In this document: piece by piece, positions 20,854 through 30,935 of the stretch
How positions within the stretch are numbered: position 1 is the stretch's first letter
How the letters are laid out: each line of letters opens with the position of its first letter
DNA from: an uncultured archaeon
GTDB lineage: Archaea > Thermoproteota > Bathyarchaeia > Bathyarchaeales > Bathycorpusculaceae
Assembly (NCBI GenBank): GCA_963782915.1
Contig: CAWALK010000012.1
Location: 1 to 64,000, forward strand
Reading direction: 5' to 3'
Length of the DNA stretch: 64,000 bases
Notes under the pieces: generated by a model
What the model was told of the DNA's origin: nothing
Databases searched by the model: none
The model's input: only the letters and a program-made list of their open reading frames with translations
Made by a program: the position numbers and the translations under genes

Positions 20854-22092
20854 GTGACCTCTACGACTCACCACGACACAGACAAAAAGAAAGACGCTGA
20901 AGGTCTTCAATTAAGCGAAGACCTCCTAGCAGCGCTTGCAAAGTTCAAGACGATCGAGTTGGAAGACTTCCAACTTGACGCCAAAGAACTGGAAATCCTC
21001 TTTGAGCCCGGCATGGCGGCAACCGTCCTGCCAAAACTCAAGCTTCCAGCAGGCGTCGTCGCAGGCGGCAAACCCACCAGCATGCTACAATCAACATTCC
21101 TGCCACCAATCGAGAAGTACCCCAACAAAATCGCAACAGTCAAACTAGGCGCAACAAAAAGCGAAGGCGGAACACGCGGCAAATCACTCACAGTCGGCGG
21201 AGAAGTTTCTCCAGCCTTCTATACCTTTGAGAATCCAATGCCCCACAAGCCAGTCATCACCTTAGACGTTTTCGACATGGAAGTCCCCCTGTCAAAGGCC
21301 GTTAAGATGCACGTTAAAGAAGTCGTCGGCGACCCAGCAGCATGGGCAAAACTTGCAGTCGAAAAGTTCGGCGCAGACATGGTTACAATGCACCTCATCA
21401 GCGTTGACCCCTTACTAAAGGATGCATCACCAAAAGACGCATGCAAAACCATAGAAAAAGTCTTGCAAGCAGTCGATGTACCACTCGTAATCGGTGGATG
21501 CGGTGACCCAGTTAAAGACACAGCCCTCTTCGAAGAAGTATGCGCACAATTCCCAGGTGAACGCTTCCTAATCAGCTCAGTTACACGCGACATGGACTCC
21601 GAGAAATGCGCTAAATTCATCAAGAAAGCAGGCCACGCAGTCTTAGCCTTCACACCAATGGACCTTAACTTTGCACGCGAACTAAACAGGCGCCTCTTTG
21701 ACAACCTCTCACGAGAAGACATCGTTATGGACTTAACAACCGCAGCCTTAGGTTACGGTTTAGACTACGCATTCACCAACATGGAACGCGCACGCACTGG
21801 CGGCTTAATGGGCGATCTCGAATTGGCACAACCCATGTCCTCTGGCACAACCAACGCATGGGCAGCCCGTGAAGCATGGCTCAAGATGTCAGCTGAATGG
21901 GAACCACGCGAACTCAGAGGTCCACTATGGGAAGTCACAACAGCACTCACCCTACTAACTGCAGGCGTCGACTTATTCATGATGATGCACCCCGCAGCAG
22001 TAAAGACCCTCAAAGACGTCACCAACTACTTAACAGCTAACAAGAAAGCAGACCCAGCCAAATTCCTTGATTGGGTCAAGGTAAAGGCTTAA
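20854..22092 (+). CDS. cdhD: ACDS delta subunit (CFeSP small subunit)
   Basis: LGATKSEGGTR, DVFD, TTAALGYGLDY, NAWAAREAW, MMHP; start codon uncertain. Confidence 0.95.
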   Translation: MTSTTHHDTDKKKDAEGLQLSEDLLAALAKFKTIELEDFQLDAKELEILFEPGMAATVLPKLKLPAGVVAGGKPTSMLQSTFLPPIEKYPNKIATVKLGATKSEGGTRGKSLTVGGEVSPAFYTFENPMPHKPVITLDVFDMEVPLSKAVKMHVKEVVGDPAAWAKLAVEKFGADMVTMHLISVDPLLKDASPKDACKTIEKVLQAVDVPLVIGGCGDPVKDTALFEEVCAQFPGERFLISSVTRDMDSEKCAKFIKKAGHAVLAFTPMDLNFARELNRRLFDNLSREDIVMDLTTAALGYGLDYAFTNMERARTGGLMGDLELAQPMSSGTTNAWAAREAWLKMSAEWEPRELRGPLWEVTTALTLLTAGVDLFMMMHPAAVKTLKDVTNYLTANKKADPAKFLDWVKVKA

Positions 22093-22098
22093 GGAGAC

Positions 22099-23532
22099 AT
22101 GACTGATATGGCAGAAAAGAAAAAAGGCGGATTAAAAGAACTCAGCCCAATCGCCATTTACAAGAACCTACCGAAAACTAACTGCAAAGAATGCGGCGTA
22201 GACAACTGTATGGCATTCGCCACAAAGATTGTCAACCGCGAAATGGAACTCGAAAGCTGCAAACCACTGCTAAAACCCGAAAACGCGAAACAATACGCTA
22301 TCCTAAAAGATATGCTAAAACCAGCAGTTAAAGAAGTCACCATCGGTGTAGGCGAGAAAGCCAAAAAAATCGGCGGCAAACTCGTCATGTACCGCCATGA
22401 ATTCACATACAAAAACCCAACCGCAATCGCCATAGACGTAACCGACGAAATGCCCGCGAATGAAGTTGTCGCCCGCGTACAGAAGACTGAAAACTTCAGC
22501 TTCGAATACATCGGCAACACCCTCAAACTTGACATGATCGCAGTTCGCTGCACAAGCGATGACGCAGACAAATTCAAAGCATGCGTCAAAAAAGTCACTG
22601 AAACCACAAAGCTACCTATGATCCTCTGCGCCATGAACCCACAAGTCATGGAAGCAGGCATAATGGCAGCACCTAAGGCACGCCCACTACTCTACGCAGC
22701 AAATGCAGCTAACTGGAAAGAAATGGCAGAACTCGCAATCATGTACGATGCACCACTCGTTGCATCCTCACCAAACGACCTCAACGGACTGGTATCACTG
22801 GCAAAAACTCTCATGGCCTATGGCGTGAAAGACATAGTCCTTGACCCAGGCACCTTTGCAAACGAAGGCTTAGCTGATACAATAAACAACTTTACCATGC
22901 TACGACGCGCAGCCACAAAAGGCGGCGAAGAACTCGCAGGTCTACCACTCCTCGGCATACCCATGGTCGCATGGGCAAACAAGGGCGAAACAGCAGACGA
23001 CCTCATAAAATGGCGCGAATCATACATCGCATCCATGCTCGTAGTGCGCTACGCAGATGCACTCATCCTACACGGAAACGACGGATGGAGCCTACTACCA
23101 CTCACAGTACTACGCCAAAACATCTACACTGACCCACGCAAACCAGTCGCAGTCGCACCAGGCCTCAAAGTCTTCGGTACACCAGACGAAAACAGCCCAG
23201 TCATGTTCACAAGCAACTTCGCATTGACCTACTACACAGTCGCCTCAGACATCGAAAGCAGCAAAACCAACGCATACCTAATCGTAGTTGACGCAGAAGG
23301 CAGCGCAATCGACAGTGGAGTCGCAGGACGCAAACTAACCGCAGAAAGAATCGCAGACGCAATCAAAGCAAGCGGCGTTGAAAGCAAAGTTAAGCACCGC
23401 AAAATCATCAGCCCAGGCAAAGCATCACGCATCAGCGGCGAAATCGAAGAATTATCTGGCTGGAAAGTGCTGGTTGGACCACGCGACAGCAGCGAAATTC
23501 CCAAATACATCATAGATAAATGGCAACCATAA
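22099..23532 (+). CDS. cdhE: ACDS gamma subunit (CFeSP large subunit)
   Basis: LPKTNCKECGVDNCMAFA, MYRHE, RQNIYTDPRKP, NFALTYY, GPRDSS. Confidence 0.97.
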   Translation: MTDMAEKKKGGLKELSPIAIYKNLPKTNCKECGVDNCMAFATKIVNREMELESCKPLLKPENAKQYAILKDMLKPAVKEVTIGVGEKAKKIGGKLVMYRHEFTYKNPTAIAIDVTDEMPANEVVARVQKTENFSFEYIGNTLKLDMIAVRCTSDDADKFKACVKKVTETTKLPMILCAMNPQVMEAGIMAAPKARPLLYAANAANWKEMAELAIMYDAPLVASSPNDLNGLVSLAKTLMAYGVKDIVLDPGTFANEGLADTINNFTMLRRAATKGGEELAGLPLLGIPMVAWANKGETADDLIKWRESYIASMLVVRYADALILHGNDGWSLLPLTVLRQNIYTDPRKPVAVAPGLKVFGTPDENSPVMFTSNFALTYYTVASDIESSKTNAYLIVVDAEGSAIDSGVAGRKLTAERIADAIKASGVESKVKHRKIISPGKASRISGEIEELSGWKVLVGPRDSSEIPKYIIDKWQP

Positions 23533-23566
23533 GCCATTCTTTCTTTTCCTTTTTGTTATCTATTTT

Positions 23567-24988
23567 TTAGAGCTTCTTGTTTACTGCAAGTTTGGTTTTC
23601 TTACGGTAAACCATCAAAGCAATGATTCCTATAACTACTGCAGTCGCCATAACAACTAACCATATGTTCTGGAAGGGCTTTTGGACGTTGAATTGGATGA
23701 TTTCTGAGGTTCCCTCGTTTCCGAAACTATCTCTGGCATAAACTATGACATTATGTAAACCCTCCTTTAGCCCACTTAAAGTAAAGTTTCCAAAAACAGT
23801 CACTTTTTCTTGCCCATCTAAGCTATACGTTAACTGGGTGAATGGTCTATTGATTGAGATATTAATGGACAGATTATCCGATGAAACTATGCTATTCTGT
23901 GGTGAAAGCACTGAAACAATGGGTGCAACGGTTCCATAGCCAAATGGCGTATACTTTTCGTTGGCTTCGTTCTGCACTCCTTCCAAACCAACTAACTTGT
24001 TTCCACTAAACATATAACGGTAACCGCTTCCCCCCATCATATACACCTCGTCGTCTACCACCGCTAAGGCGAATCCATCGAACATTTTGTGGTTTTTGCC
24101 TCGGGACCAACTGTCATTTACGGGATCATAGGCGGCAATCGCGTCTAATCCAAAAGTGTAGATTCTTTTTGGTGCCCAAATGCCTGTGGTGCTGACGGCT
24201 TCTTGCCCGACGTAAGCATAGTTCGGTGGAGGAGCACAGACAGTCCAATTATTGTTTTGTGGGTCAAAAGATAGTGTCATTTTTCTGTCTTGATAAGTAT
24301 CTTTGGCGCTGACGGTGCCTATCCAGTAGATTTTGTTGTCGAGGGCTGCTGAAATGCCATAGGCTCCGTTATAGGTTACGGGTGGCCAGCCATAGTTGAC
24401 TATTTCACTGTATTGAATGGGGCTTGCTGTTGTCCAGTTGTCAGCCAATGGGTCGTAAACCATGTTGAGGCTTGCGTCAGGTTCGCCTCCTACCAGATAG
24501 ATTTTATTGTTTATGGTATATGCGTCAAGTTGCCATCTGTCTATAGGCATAGGAGACTTAGTTTCCCATGTGTCGGTTGCTGTGTCATATACTTGGTTTA
24601 TGCCACTCGGTTGCCATGCTGTATCAGTCGAATTTTTGGTGTATCCCCCTATGCAGTAGATTTTATTTTGGTAAACTGCGGTGGCAAAATCTCTTCTTGT
24701 GATTGGAACCGGAGCTTTTGTTATCCATGTATTTGTTATGGGATCATACATTTCGTTGACTGTTAGCGTTTTGCCCCATTGGTTGTTTCCCGCTATAGTG
24801 TATATTCTGTCGTTTACTACTGCTATTCCAAGCAAAACTCTTGGTGTAGGCATCGTAGCCATTGTAGTCCATGAATCCTCTTGGGGTTTCTGGGAAGAGT
24901 TAGGTTCATCCAATGCCAAAGCGGGGCTGGCGATTATACTGGGAAAGAAGGCAATAAGTGCAAGGAGCGCTAACGCGGCTTTCTTCAT
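23567..24988 (-). CDS. Secreted Kelch-repeat protein with Ig-like domain and C-terminal TM anchor
   Basis: Signal peptide, repeats (WxTKAPMP, IYCIGG, YDP), YSLDG..HNVIVYARDSFGN, TM plus basic tail. Confidence 0.9.
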   Translation of the reverse strand: MKKAALALLALIAFFPSIIASPALALDEPNSSQKPQEDSWTTMATMPTPRVLLGIAVVNDRIYTIAGNNQWGKTLTVNEMYDPITNTWITKAPVPITRRDFATAVYQNKIYCIGGYTKNSTDTAWQPSGINQVYDTATDTWETKSPMPIDRWQLDAYTINNKIYLVGGEPDASLNMVYDPLADNWTTASPIQYSEIVNYGWPPVTYNGAYGISAALDNKIYWIGTVSAKDTYQDRKMTLSFDPQNNNWTVCAPPPNYAYVGQEAVSTTGIWAPKRIYTFGLDAIAAYDPVNDSWSRGKNHKMFDGFALAVVDDEVYMMGGSGYRYMFSGNKLVGLEGVQNEANEKYTPFGYGTVAPIVSVLSPQNSIVSSDNLSINISINRPFTQLTYSLDGQEKVTVFGNFTLSGLKEGLHNVIVYARDSFGNEGTSEIIQFNVQKPFQNIWLVVMATAVVIGIIALMVYRKKTKLAVNKKL

Positions 24989-25026
24989 GGCTATACACTG
25001 TTATACGTGTGGTCTGTGGTGGATTT

Positions 25027-25065
25027 AGTTCTATTCAAGGAACATGCTGTTCCCGAGTTGGAACA
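25027..25065. promoter_or_regulatory. Tandem GTTC-N8-GAAC operator, copy 1
   Basis: AGTTCtattcaagGAACatgctGTTCccgagttgGAACA. Confidence 0.85.
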
Positions 25066-25099
25066 CCTTTCGCTTGAAGAAGACAAAGGCGTAATTGCC

Positions 25100-26539
25100 T
25101 TAGGTTGATTGTCTCTTTTTTCTATTGAAGTAAACAAGCACCCCGGCAACGCAGACAATAACCGCCACCGTTGCACCCGCAATAATTCCTACTAAGAGCT
25201 GAGCCTCCACAGTAAAGCTGATGGTATCTGAGCCGCCTACGTTTCCAAAGCTATCGACGGCGTAGATTCTTATGTTATGCCAACCCAAAGCAAGCTCTGT
25301 TAAAGTAAAGTTCCCCGTGACAGTTTGGTTGTCTGCGCCGTCTAAACTATAGTATATACGTTGAGTCGGTTTGTTGACTGAATAATTAAAGGAGACATCC
25401 CCTCTAACGTTGACGCTGTTCTGAACTGAGACCGCAGATACCTCAGGTGGGATAGTTCCGTAGCCAAAAGGTATGTATTCTTTATTGTCAGCGGTTATTA
25501 CCTCTCCCGTAAAAATGGCAAAACCTGGAGCAACAACTCTCGTACTCATGTACCTGCCTCCGAAACAGTATATCTTGTCATTTACAACCGCATATCCTGA
25601 GCCATCCTGATATGGAATTTCTGTTCCCGAAGACCAGTTGCGGGTTGCTGGATCATACACTACTCTCACTGGGCTGACAACGTAGATTTGTTTAGGTGCC
25701 CACACGCCTGTTGTAGCAATTGCAGTTCGTAGAATGGCTAGGGCAGGTGGCTGAGTTCCAGCGCTCCAACTTTCATTTATTGGGTTATAAACAAGCATGA
25801 ACTGTCGACGATGATCTGTTGAACGCATATCGCCTATCCAATATATTTTTTCATCAAGCGTTACTGTGGATGCACAGCCAAAGTAGCTGTGGCCAGGTTC
25901 CACGGTAAACTGTGCTATTGACTGGTTGGTTTCTTGGTAGTATTGGATGGATGCTTTCGTGCTCCAGGTGTCCGTTTCTGGGTTGTAAGCCTCGTTGAGG
26001 GTTGCATTCGGGTTGCCGCCTATTACGTAGATTGAGCCATTGGCAACTTCGGCATTCATTCCTGCCCTTGTTATGGTGGGTAGTGGCGCTTTATTTTCCC
26101 AAGTGTCCGTTGCCGGATCATACACTTCGTTTACCCGCAGATACTGCCAATCACTAATTTTGTTATCGTAGACTGCTCCTCCAATATTTCCTCCGATGCA
26201 GTAGATTTTGTTCCGGTAAACTGCTATGGCAAAATCCGCTCGTGATGTTGGCATTGGTGCTTTGGTTGTCCCCGTGTTCGTTGCTGGGTCATACACTTCG
26301 TTGACCTGTAAAACCTTCCATTCTTTGTCGTATCCTCCTAACACATAGATTTTGCTGTTCACGACTGCCACCCGCATACCAAATCTTGGTGTAGGCATGG
26401 GTGCTTTTTCTGTCGATGTATTCTCAGTTACCCCTTCGTTTGTTGGGGAAGATGAACTGCCCAAAACCGGATTAATTACCGTTAAGCTTGAGGTTATTGC
26501 TAAAAAAAGAACTAGTAATGCGATATGTCGTTTATCCAA
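25100..26539 (-). CDS. Secreted Kelch-repeat protein (paralog 2)
   Basis: Same architecture as 23567-24988. Confidence 0.9.
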   Translation of the reverse strand: MDKRHIALLVLFLAITSSLTVINPVLGSSSSPTNEGVTENTSTEKAPMPTPRFGMRVAVVNSKIYVLGGYDKEWKVLQVNEVYDPATNTGTTKAPMPTSRADFAIAVYRNKIYCIGGNIGGAVYDNKISDWQYLRVNEVYDPATDTWENKAPLPTITRAGMNAEVANGSIYVIGGNPNATLNEAYNPETDTWSTKASIQYYQETNQSIAQFTVEPGHSYFGCASTVTLDEKIYWIGDMRSTDHRRQFMLVYNPINESWSAGTQPPALAILRTAIATTGVWAPKQIYVVSPVRVVYDPATRNWSSGTEIPYQDGSGYAVVNDKIYCFGGRYMSTRVVAPGFAIFTGEVITADNKEYIPFGYGTIPPEVSAVSVQNSVNVRGDVSFNYSVNKPTQRIYYSLDGADNQTVTGNFTLTELALGWHNIRIYAVDSFGNVGGSDTISFTVEAQLLVGIIAGATVAVIVCVAGVLVYFNRKKRQST

Positions 26540-26580
26540 CGCTCCTCACCGTATGATTGGTATATGTGGAAGCTCTCTTT

Positions 26581-26619
26581 AGTTCTACCCGAGGAACAAC
26601 CTGTTCCATCGCTGGAACA
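26581..26619. promoter_or_regulatory. Tandem GTTC-N8-GAAC operator, copy 2
   Basis: AGTTCtacccgagGAACaacctGTTCcatcgctgGAACA. Confidence 0.85.
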
Positions 26620-26634
26620 TAGCCCAACGGGCCT

Positions 26635-28080
26635 TTAGGGGACAAATGTTCTCAGGGCGAAGCTTTGCTTGGCTCCCCTGAAATAGACCAGTAAACCGGC
26701 AACAGCAATAGCTGCCACTGCCAACACAACCCCAACAATAATAAACGGAAAAGGCTCTGGCTCTACCGTGAAATAGAATGTTTCTGATATGCCTACGTTT
26801 CCAAACGTGTCAGCTGCATAGACCGTTATGTTGTGTGGTCCTGCCGGTACCTCGGATAGGGTGAGGTTTCCTGTGAATGTGACGTTGTTTTGTTTGTCTA
26901 AGCTGTAACTCATGGATGTTAAGGGTTTGTTTGTGGTGAAAATCAGTGAATCCTTCACTGTAAAGGTGCTATTCTGTGGCATAGCCGAGAGTATCGTAGG
27001 TGGAACAGTGCCGTATTGGGGCGGTGTAAATTGTTCATTATCCCCTGCTGAGGTTATGTATAAGAGTCCCAAGTTTTCGCCTGTGATATGGTATTGGAGA
27101 AAGCCTCCTCCGATAGCGTACACTTTGTCGTTTGCGACGCCAATACCGCAGTCTTCATGATAAAAGAAGTAATGTCTGCTAAGCGTCCAATTGTCCGCAG
27201 AGGGGTCATATGAAGCGGTCATGCTGTTTATGTCAAAGATGTAGATGCGCTTTGGTGCCCAAATGCCTGCTGTAGCGACGGCATTGTGTGGATTGGTGTT
27301 TACGGGGGGTTTTGCTCGTGGGCTCCAACTGTCATTTTCCGGAGTATATATTATAGTGACTATTTGGCTGCTGGAGGATTGGTGTACACGTCCTATCCAG
27401 TAGAGTTTATTGTCAATTGTAGCGGAAGCCCCGTCGCCAGTCGCCAAGAACAGGGTTGGAGAATTTATTTCATGATATTGAACGGGTGCCTTTGTTATCC
27501 AAGTATCCGTTGTTGGATCATAAGCTTCATTGAGAGTTCCGTTAGGTTCGCCACCCACTAGGTATATCATCCCGTTGATGACGTTTGCTTGGAGATGCCA
27601 TCTTGCAGTGGGCATAGGCGCCTTTGTGGTCCATGTGTTAGTGGCTGGGTCATAAACTTCGTTTACTGTGCAGCCAGTTCCCCAGGTTGCTTGGGTGTTA
27701 GAAAAATGCCCATCCAACCCACCGATGCAGTAAATTTTGTCCTGATAAACAGCTATGGCGAAATAGCTTCTATGGGTAGGCATTGGTGCTTTTGTTGTCC
27801 AGATATCTGTTTCTGGGTTATACATTTCGTTGGTGCCGGGGTTTCCACCGCCACCTGTGTTTCCGCCGATACAATAGATTTTGCCATCTACCGTAGCCAT
27901 TGCCAGTCCACTTCTTGCGGTAGGCATAGGTGCCTTTTGAGTCCATGTATTCGCAATTATTTCCTTTGTGAAGTTTGTGTCGCTTGTCCCTGCTGTGGTG
28001 GTAGCTATGGCAGAATTAATTATACTTGCACTTATGGTGATAAAGAATAGAACTAACACCAGGATTTTACTTTTTGTCAT
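26635..28080 (-). CDS. Secreted Kelch-repeat protein (paralog 3)
   Basis: Same architecture; EPFP before the TM helix. Confidence 0.9.
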   Translation of the reverse strand: MTKSKILVLVLFFITISASIINSAIATTTAGTSDTNFTKEIIANTWTQKAPMPTARSGLAMATVDGKIYCIGGNTGGGGNPGTNEMYNPETDIWTTKAPMPTHRSYFAIAVYQDKIYCIGGLDGHFSNTQATWGTGCTVNEVYDPATNTWTTKAPMPTARWHLQANVINGMIYLVGGEPNGTLNEAYDPTTDTWITKAPVQYHEINSPTLFLATGDGASATIDNKLYWIGRVHQSSSSQIVTIIYTPENDSWSPRAKPPVNTNPHNAVATAGIWAPKRIYIFDINSMTASYDPSADNWTLSRHYFFYHEDCGIGVANDKVYAIGGGFLQYHITGENLGLLYITSAGDNEQFTPPQYGTVPPTILSAMPQNSTFTVKDSLIFTTNKPLTSMSYSLDKQNNVTFTGNLTLSEVPAGPHNITVYAADTFGNVGISETFYFTVEPEPFPFIIVGVVLAVAAIAVAGLLVYFRGAKQSFALRTFVP

Positions 28081-28117
28081 CCTTGCATCGTGAGAGCATA
28101 TTAGAGAAGGCGGTTTT

Positions 28118-28156
28118 AGTTCTATTGAGGGAACGAAATGTTCCAGCTCTGGAACA
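28118..28156. promoter_or_regulatory. Tandem GTTC-N8-GAAC operator, copy 3
   Basis: AGTTCtattgaggGAACgaaatGTTCcagctctgGAACA. Confidence 0.85.
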
Positions 28157-28219
28157 GATAAATCGGTGGGAAGTAATTCTTTTATTTCTCGCTTGTTTTC
28201 TAGAATTTGGTGAATTTTA

Positions 28220-28618
28220 GTGGATCATACAATCGTTCATTTTGAGATTCCAGCTGTCGACATAGAGAAAATGCGCAAGTTCTACTCTGACCTCTTCGGC
28301 TGGACCATGAATAAGTATCCTGGACCAACTGCTTACTACCTCATCGGCACCGTACCAGTTGACGAGAATACCATGATGCCAATTCGCCCCGGCGTCAACG
28401 GAGGCTTGTATGAGAAGAAGGATGCCGCGATGCCTGAATTAGCCAAACCCATAAACTATGTCTCGGTTGAGTCAGTTGTTGATTACAGCAAGAAAGTCGT
28501 GGATTTGGGCGGGAAGATTGTGGTTGAGAAGATGGAGATTCCGGGTTTAGGCTGGTGGGCTCTGGCGCTTGACCCCGAAGGCAACGCCTTTGGGATCTTA
28601 GAGTACATGAAAAAGTAG
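28220..28618 (+). CDS. VOC/glyoxalase family protein
   Basis: IVHFEIP..FYSDLFGW, GVNGG, GGKIV, DPEGNAFG. Confidence 0.9.
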   Translation: MDHTIVHFEIPAVDIEKMRKFYSDLFGWTMNKYPGPTAYYLIGTVPVDENTMMPIRPGVNGGLYEKKDAAMPELAKPINYVSVESVVDYSKKVVDLGGKIVVEKMEIPGLGWWALALDPEGNAFGILEYMKK

Positions 28619-28795
28619 GGCCTAAGTCCATAAGAAGAAAAATAATCGGCCCACTATTATCCCACTTCTAGAAAAATCGAAATCTACAAGAAAACCTAAA
28701 ACCCCATCTCCAAGAGGACAACAGGCAATCATGCCTCTCTTTTTACGTTTGACAAGTTTCTTATACAACTACAAAGAAAAACCTATTGATCTAAA

Positions 28796-29284
28796 ATGAA
28801 AACGCTCATAGCCTTCTACACCCGCACAGGAAACGCAAAATTTGTGGCAGAAACTATAGCCGCAACCATCGGCGCAGATATCGAAGAAGTAGTTGACCTC
28901 AAGAAACGCAGCGGTTCATTGGGCTTCCTTTCAGGCGGCAAAGACGCAACACAGGGCAAGGAAACCCAAATAGGGGAAACCAAACGTTCACCGAAAGATT
29001 ATGATTTAATAATTTTGGGTACACCTGTTTGGGCTTCAGCACCAACACCAGCCCTACGAACCTACATCAACCACAGCGACCTCTCAGGCAAAAGAGTCGC
29101 TCTATTCTTTACTTGTGGTAAAGAGAACCAGAAAGCCATTGAAAAAACCAAAGCCCTACTCACCAACAATGAATATGTAGGTGTATTATCGTTAGTTGAA
29201 CCTCTCAAAGATAAGGAGACAACTGAGAGGAAAATCGCTGAGTGGTGCAAAGACCTTCCCGCTTTAACCTCCCATGCGGATTAG
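28796..29284 (+). CDS. Flavodoxin
   Basis: FYTRTGNA, YDLIILGTPVW. Confidence 0.9.
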   Translation: MKTLIAFYTRTGNAKFVAETIAATIGADIEEVVDLKKRSGSLGFLSGGKDATQGKETQIGETKRSPKDYDLIILGTPVWASAPTPALRTYINHSDLSGKRVALFFTCGKENQKAIEKTKALLTNNEYVGVLSLVEPLKDKETTERKIAEWCKDLPALTSHAD

Positions 29285-29401
29285 CGGTCAAGTTCAAACT
29301 GTTTGCTGTCAAAAAAACCATAGTATTTACTTAAATTTGTACTAAAAGCTGATAAACCCCCGCGTTCACTAATGCGCATTCACAGCTAGAAGGGACCAAA
29401 A

Positions 29402-30884
29402 ATGGGCTGCGGTATCTTTGGAGCAATAAATTACGATAATCAACCTGTTTTCCCCTATGTTTACTGGGGATTAAGGGCACAGAATCACCGAGGACACCAG
29501 TCGCATGGTTTCCTCACATTAACTAATGGAGAATTCAAAGCGTACAAGAGCTTGGATCTTGTACCGAAAGTGAAAAGCAGCGCCATAGACGAATGGTTCG
29601 GGCGACTCCCTGGCTCAATCGGCATCGGCAACGTCCGCTACACCACTTCAGGCAAATGCGACGACAAATCCATCGTGGAAGGCACACAGCCCTTCATAGC
29701 ATCGGCTGATGGAGTACAAGTCGCTTTATCCTTCAACGGCAACATCGTAAACACAGGGTCTCTCAAAAAAGAGATGCAAGACAATTTTGCCAACTTTATC
29801 TATAACTGCGACTCAGACCTTAGTCTGCCACAAATTCCTTCTTGCATACAAACAAAACAAAGACATTGTTGCAGCCGCTAAAGCTGTTATGGAAAGCTTA
29901 GACGGAGCCTTCTCAGTTACAGGCATAACCGGCGACGGCGACTTCTTCGCTTTCAAAGACCCACATGGCATAAAGCCTCTGTGCGCTGGACATGACCCCA
30001 ACGCCAAAACCTATGCGTTTTCCTCAGAAACCGTTAGTTTAGACATGAACAGTTTTGTCCGAGACTTCGAATTAAACCCCGGCGAACTCGTCATCGCCTC
30101 CAAAGACGGTTTTAAACGAATCCAAGTAATCCAGAACCCCAAGCATGCGTTCTGTGCTTTTGAGTTTGCTTATTTTGCAAGACCCGACTCGATTTTCAAC
30201 GGCAAATACGTCTATGAAATCCGAGAGGAATTCGGACGCAACATCGTAAAAGAGTACCCCGAAGTCGTCAAAGAATGTGACATGATTATGTCTGTTCCTG
30301 AAACCGGCGACGACTCCGCCATGGGCGTCCATGAAGAATCAGGGCTAAGATGGGAACGTTGCTCAAGGCGTCACCGCTACGTAACTGAACGTGCTTTCAT
30401 CTTGCTTAATGCGGAGCGGTATTCGACGATCGATAAGAAAATTAACATTTTAGGCTCCAAAGTCGCCGGCAAAAACGTCATCATCACCGAAGACAGCATC
30501 GTAAGGGGCGACACTACCAAAGTCATTATTGAGAAGATGCGTCAGGCAGGAGCCAAAAAAGTGTATGTCTCCGTAACTTTCCCAAGAATCATCGGTCCCT
30601 GCTTCTATGGCATCGACATGTCCAGCTACGGTCAACTTGTCGGCAGCAGGCACGATGCGGCGGAAATCGCTAAAATCATCGGCGCCGACGGCGTCCTCTA
30701 CCAATCACTCGAAGGCTTAATCCGAGCCACAGGCAAAACTGAAGACCAACTCTGCTTAGCCTGCGTCACAGGCAAATATCCCACGCCCTGCGCACAAAAA
30801 ATCGCTGAAGCCATGAAAAAACGGTTCCAAGAAGGCTACGAAGAAAAGGGCAGAATCTACGAGAACGAAGAAGTTCAGCCGTAA
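29402..30884 (+). CDS. purF: Amidophosphoribosyltransferase (frameshift near 29820)
   Basis: MGCGIFG, QNHRGHQ, RYTTSG, FNGN, CAFEFAYFARPDS, EDSIVRGDT, PCFYGID, CLAC. Confidence 0.95.
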
Positions 30885-30935
30885 CCGCTATAAAGCGACC
30901 CTTCACACAGTAGAGCAAGTAACGGTGTATCTTGG

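Noticed and set aside
25027-28156. Kelch operator as an NrpR or LexA (Cheo) box, or as CRISPR repeats
   Set aside because: Spacing is GGAA-N7-TTCC and GAAC-N5-GTTC, not N6 or N4; copies are about 1.5 kb apart, one per gene, and there are no cas genes
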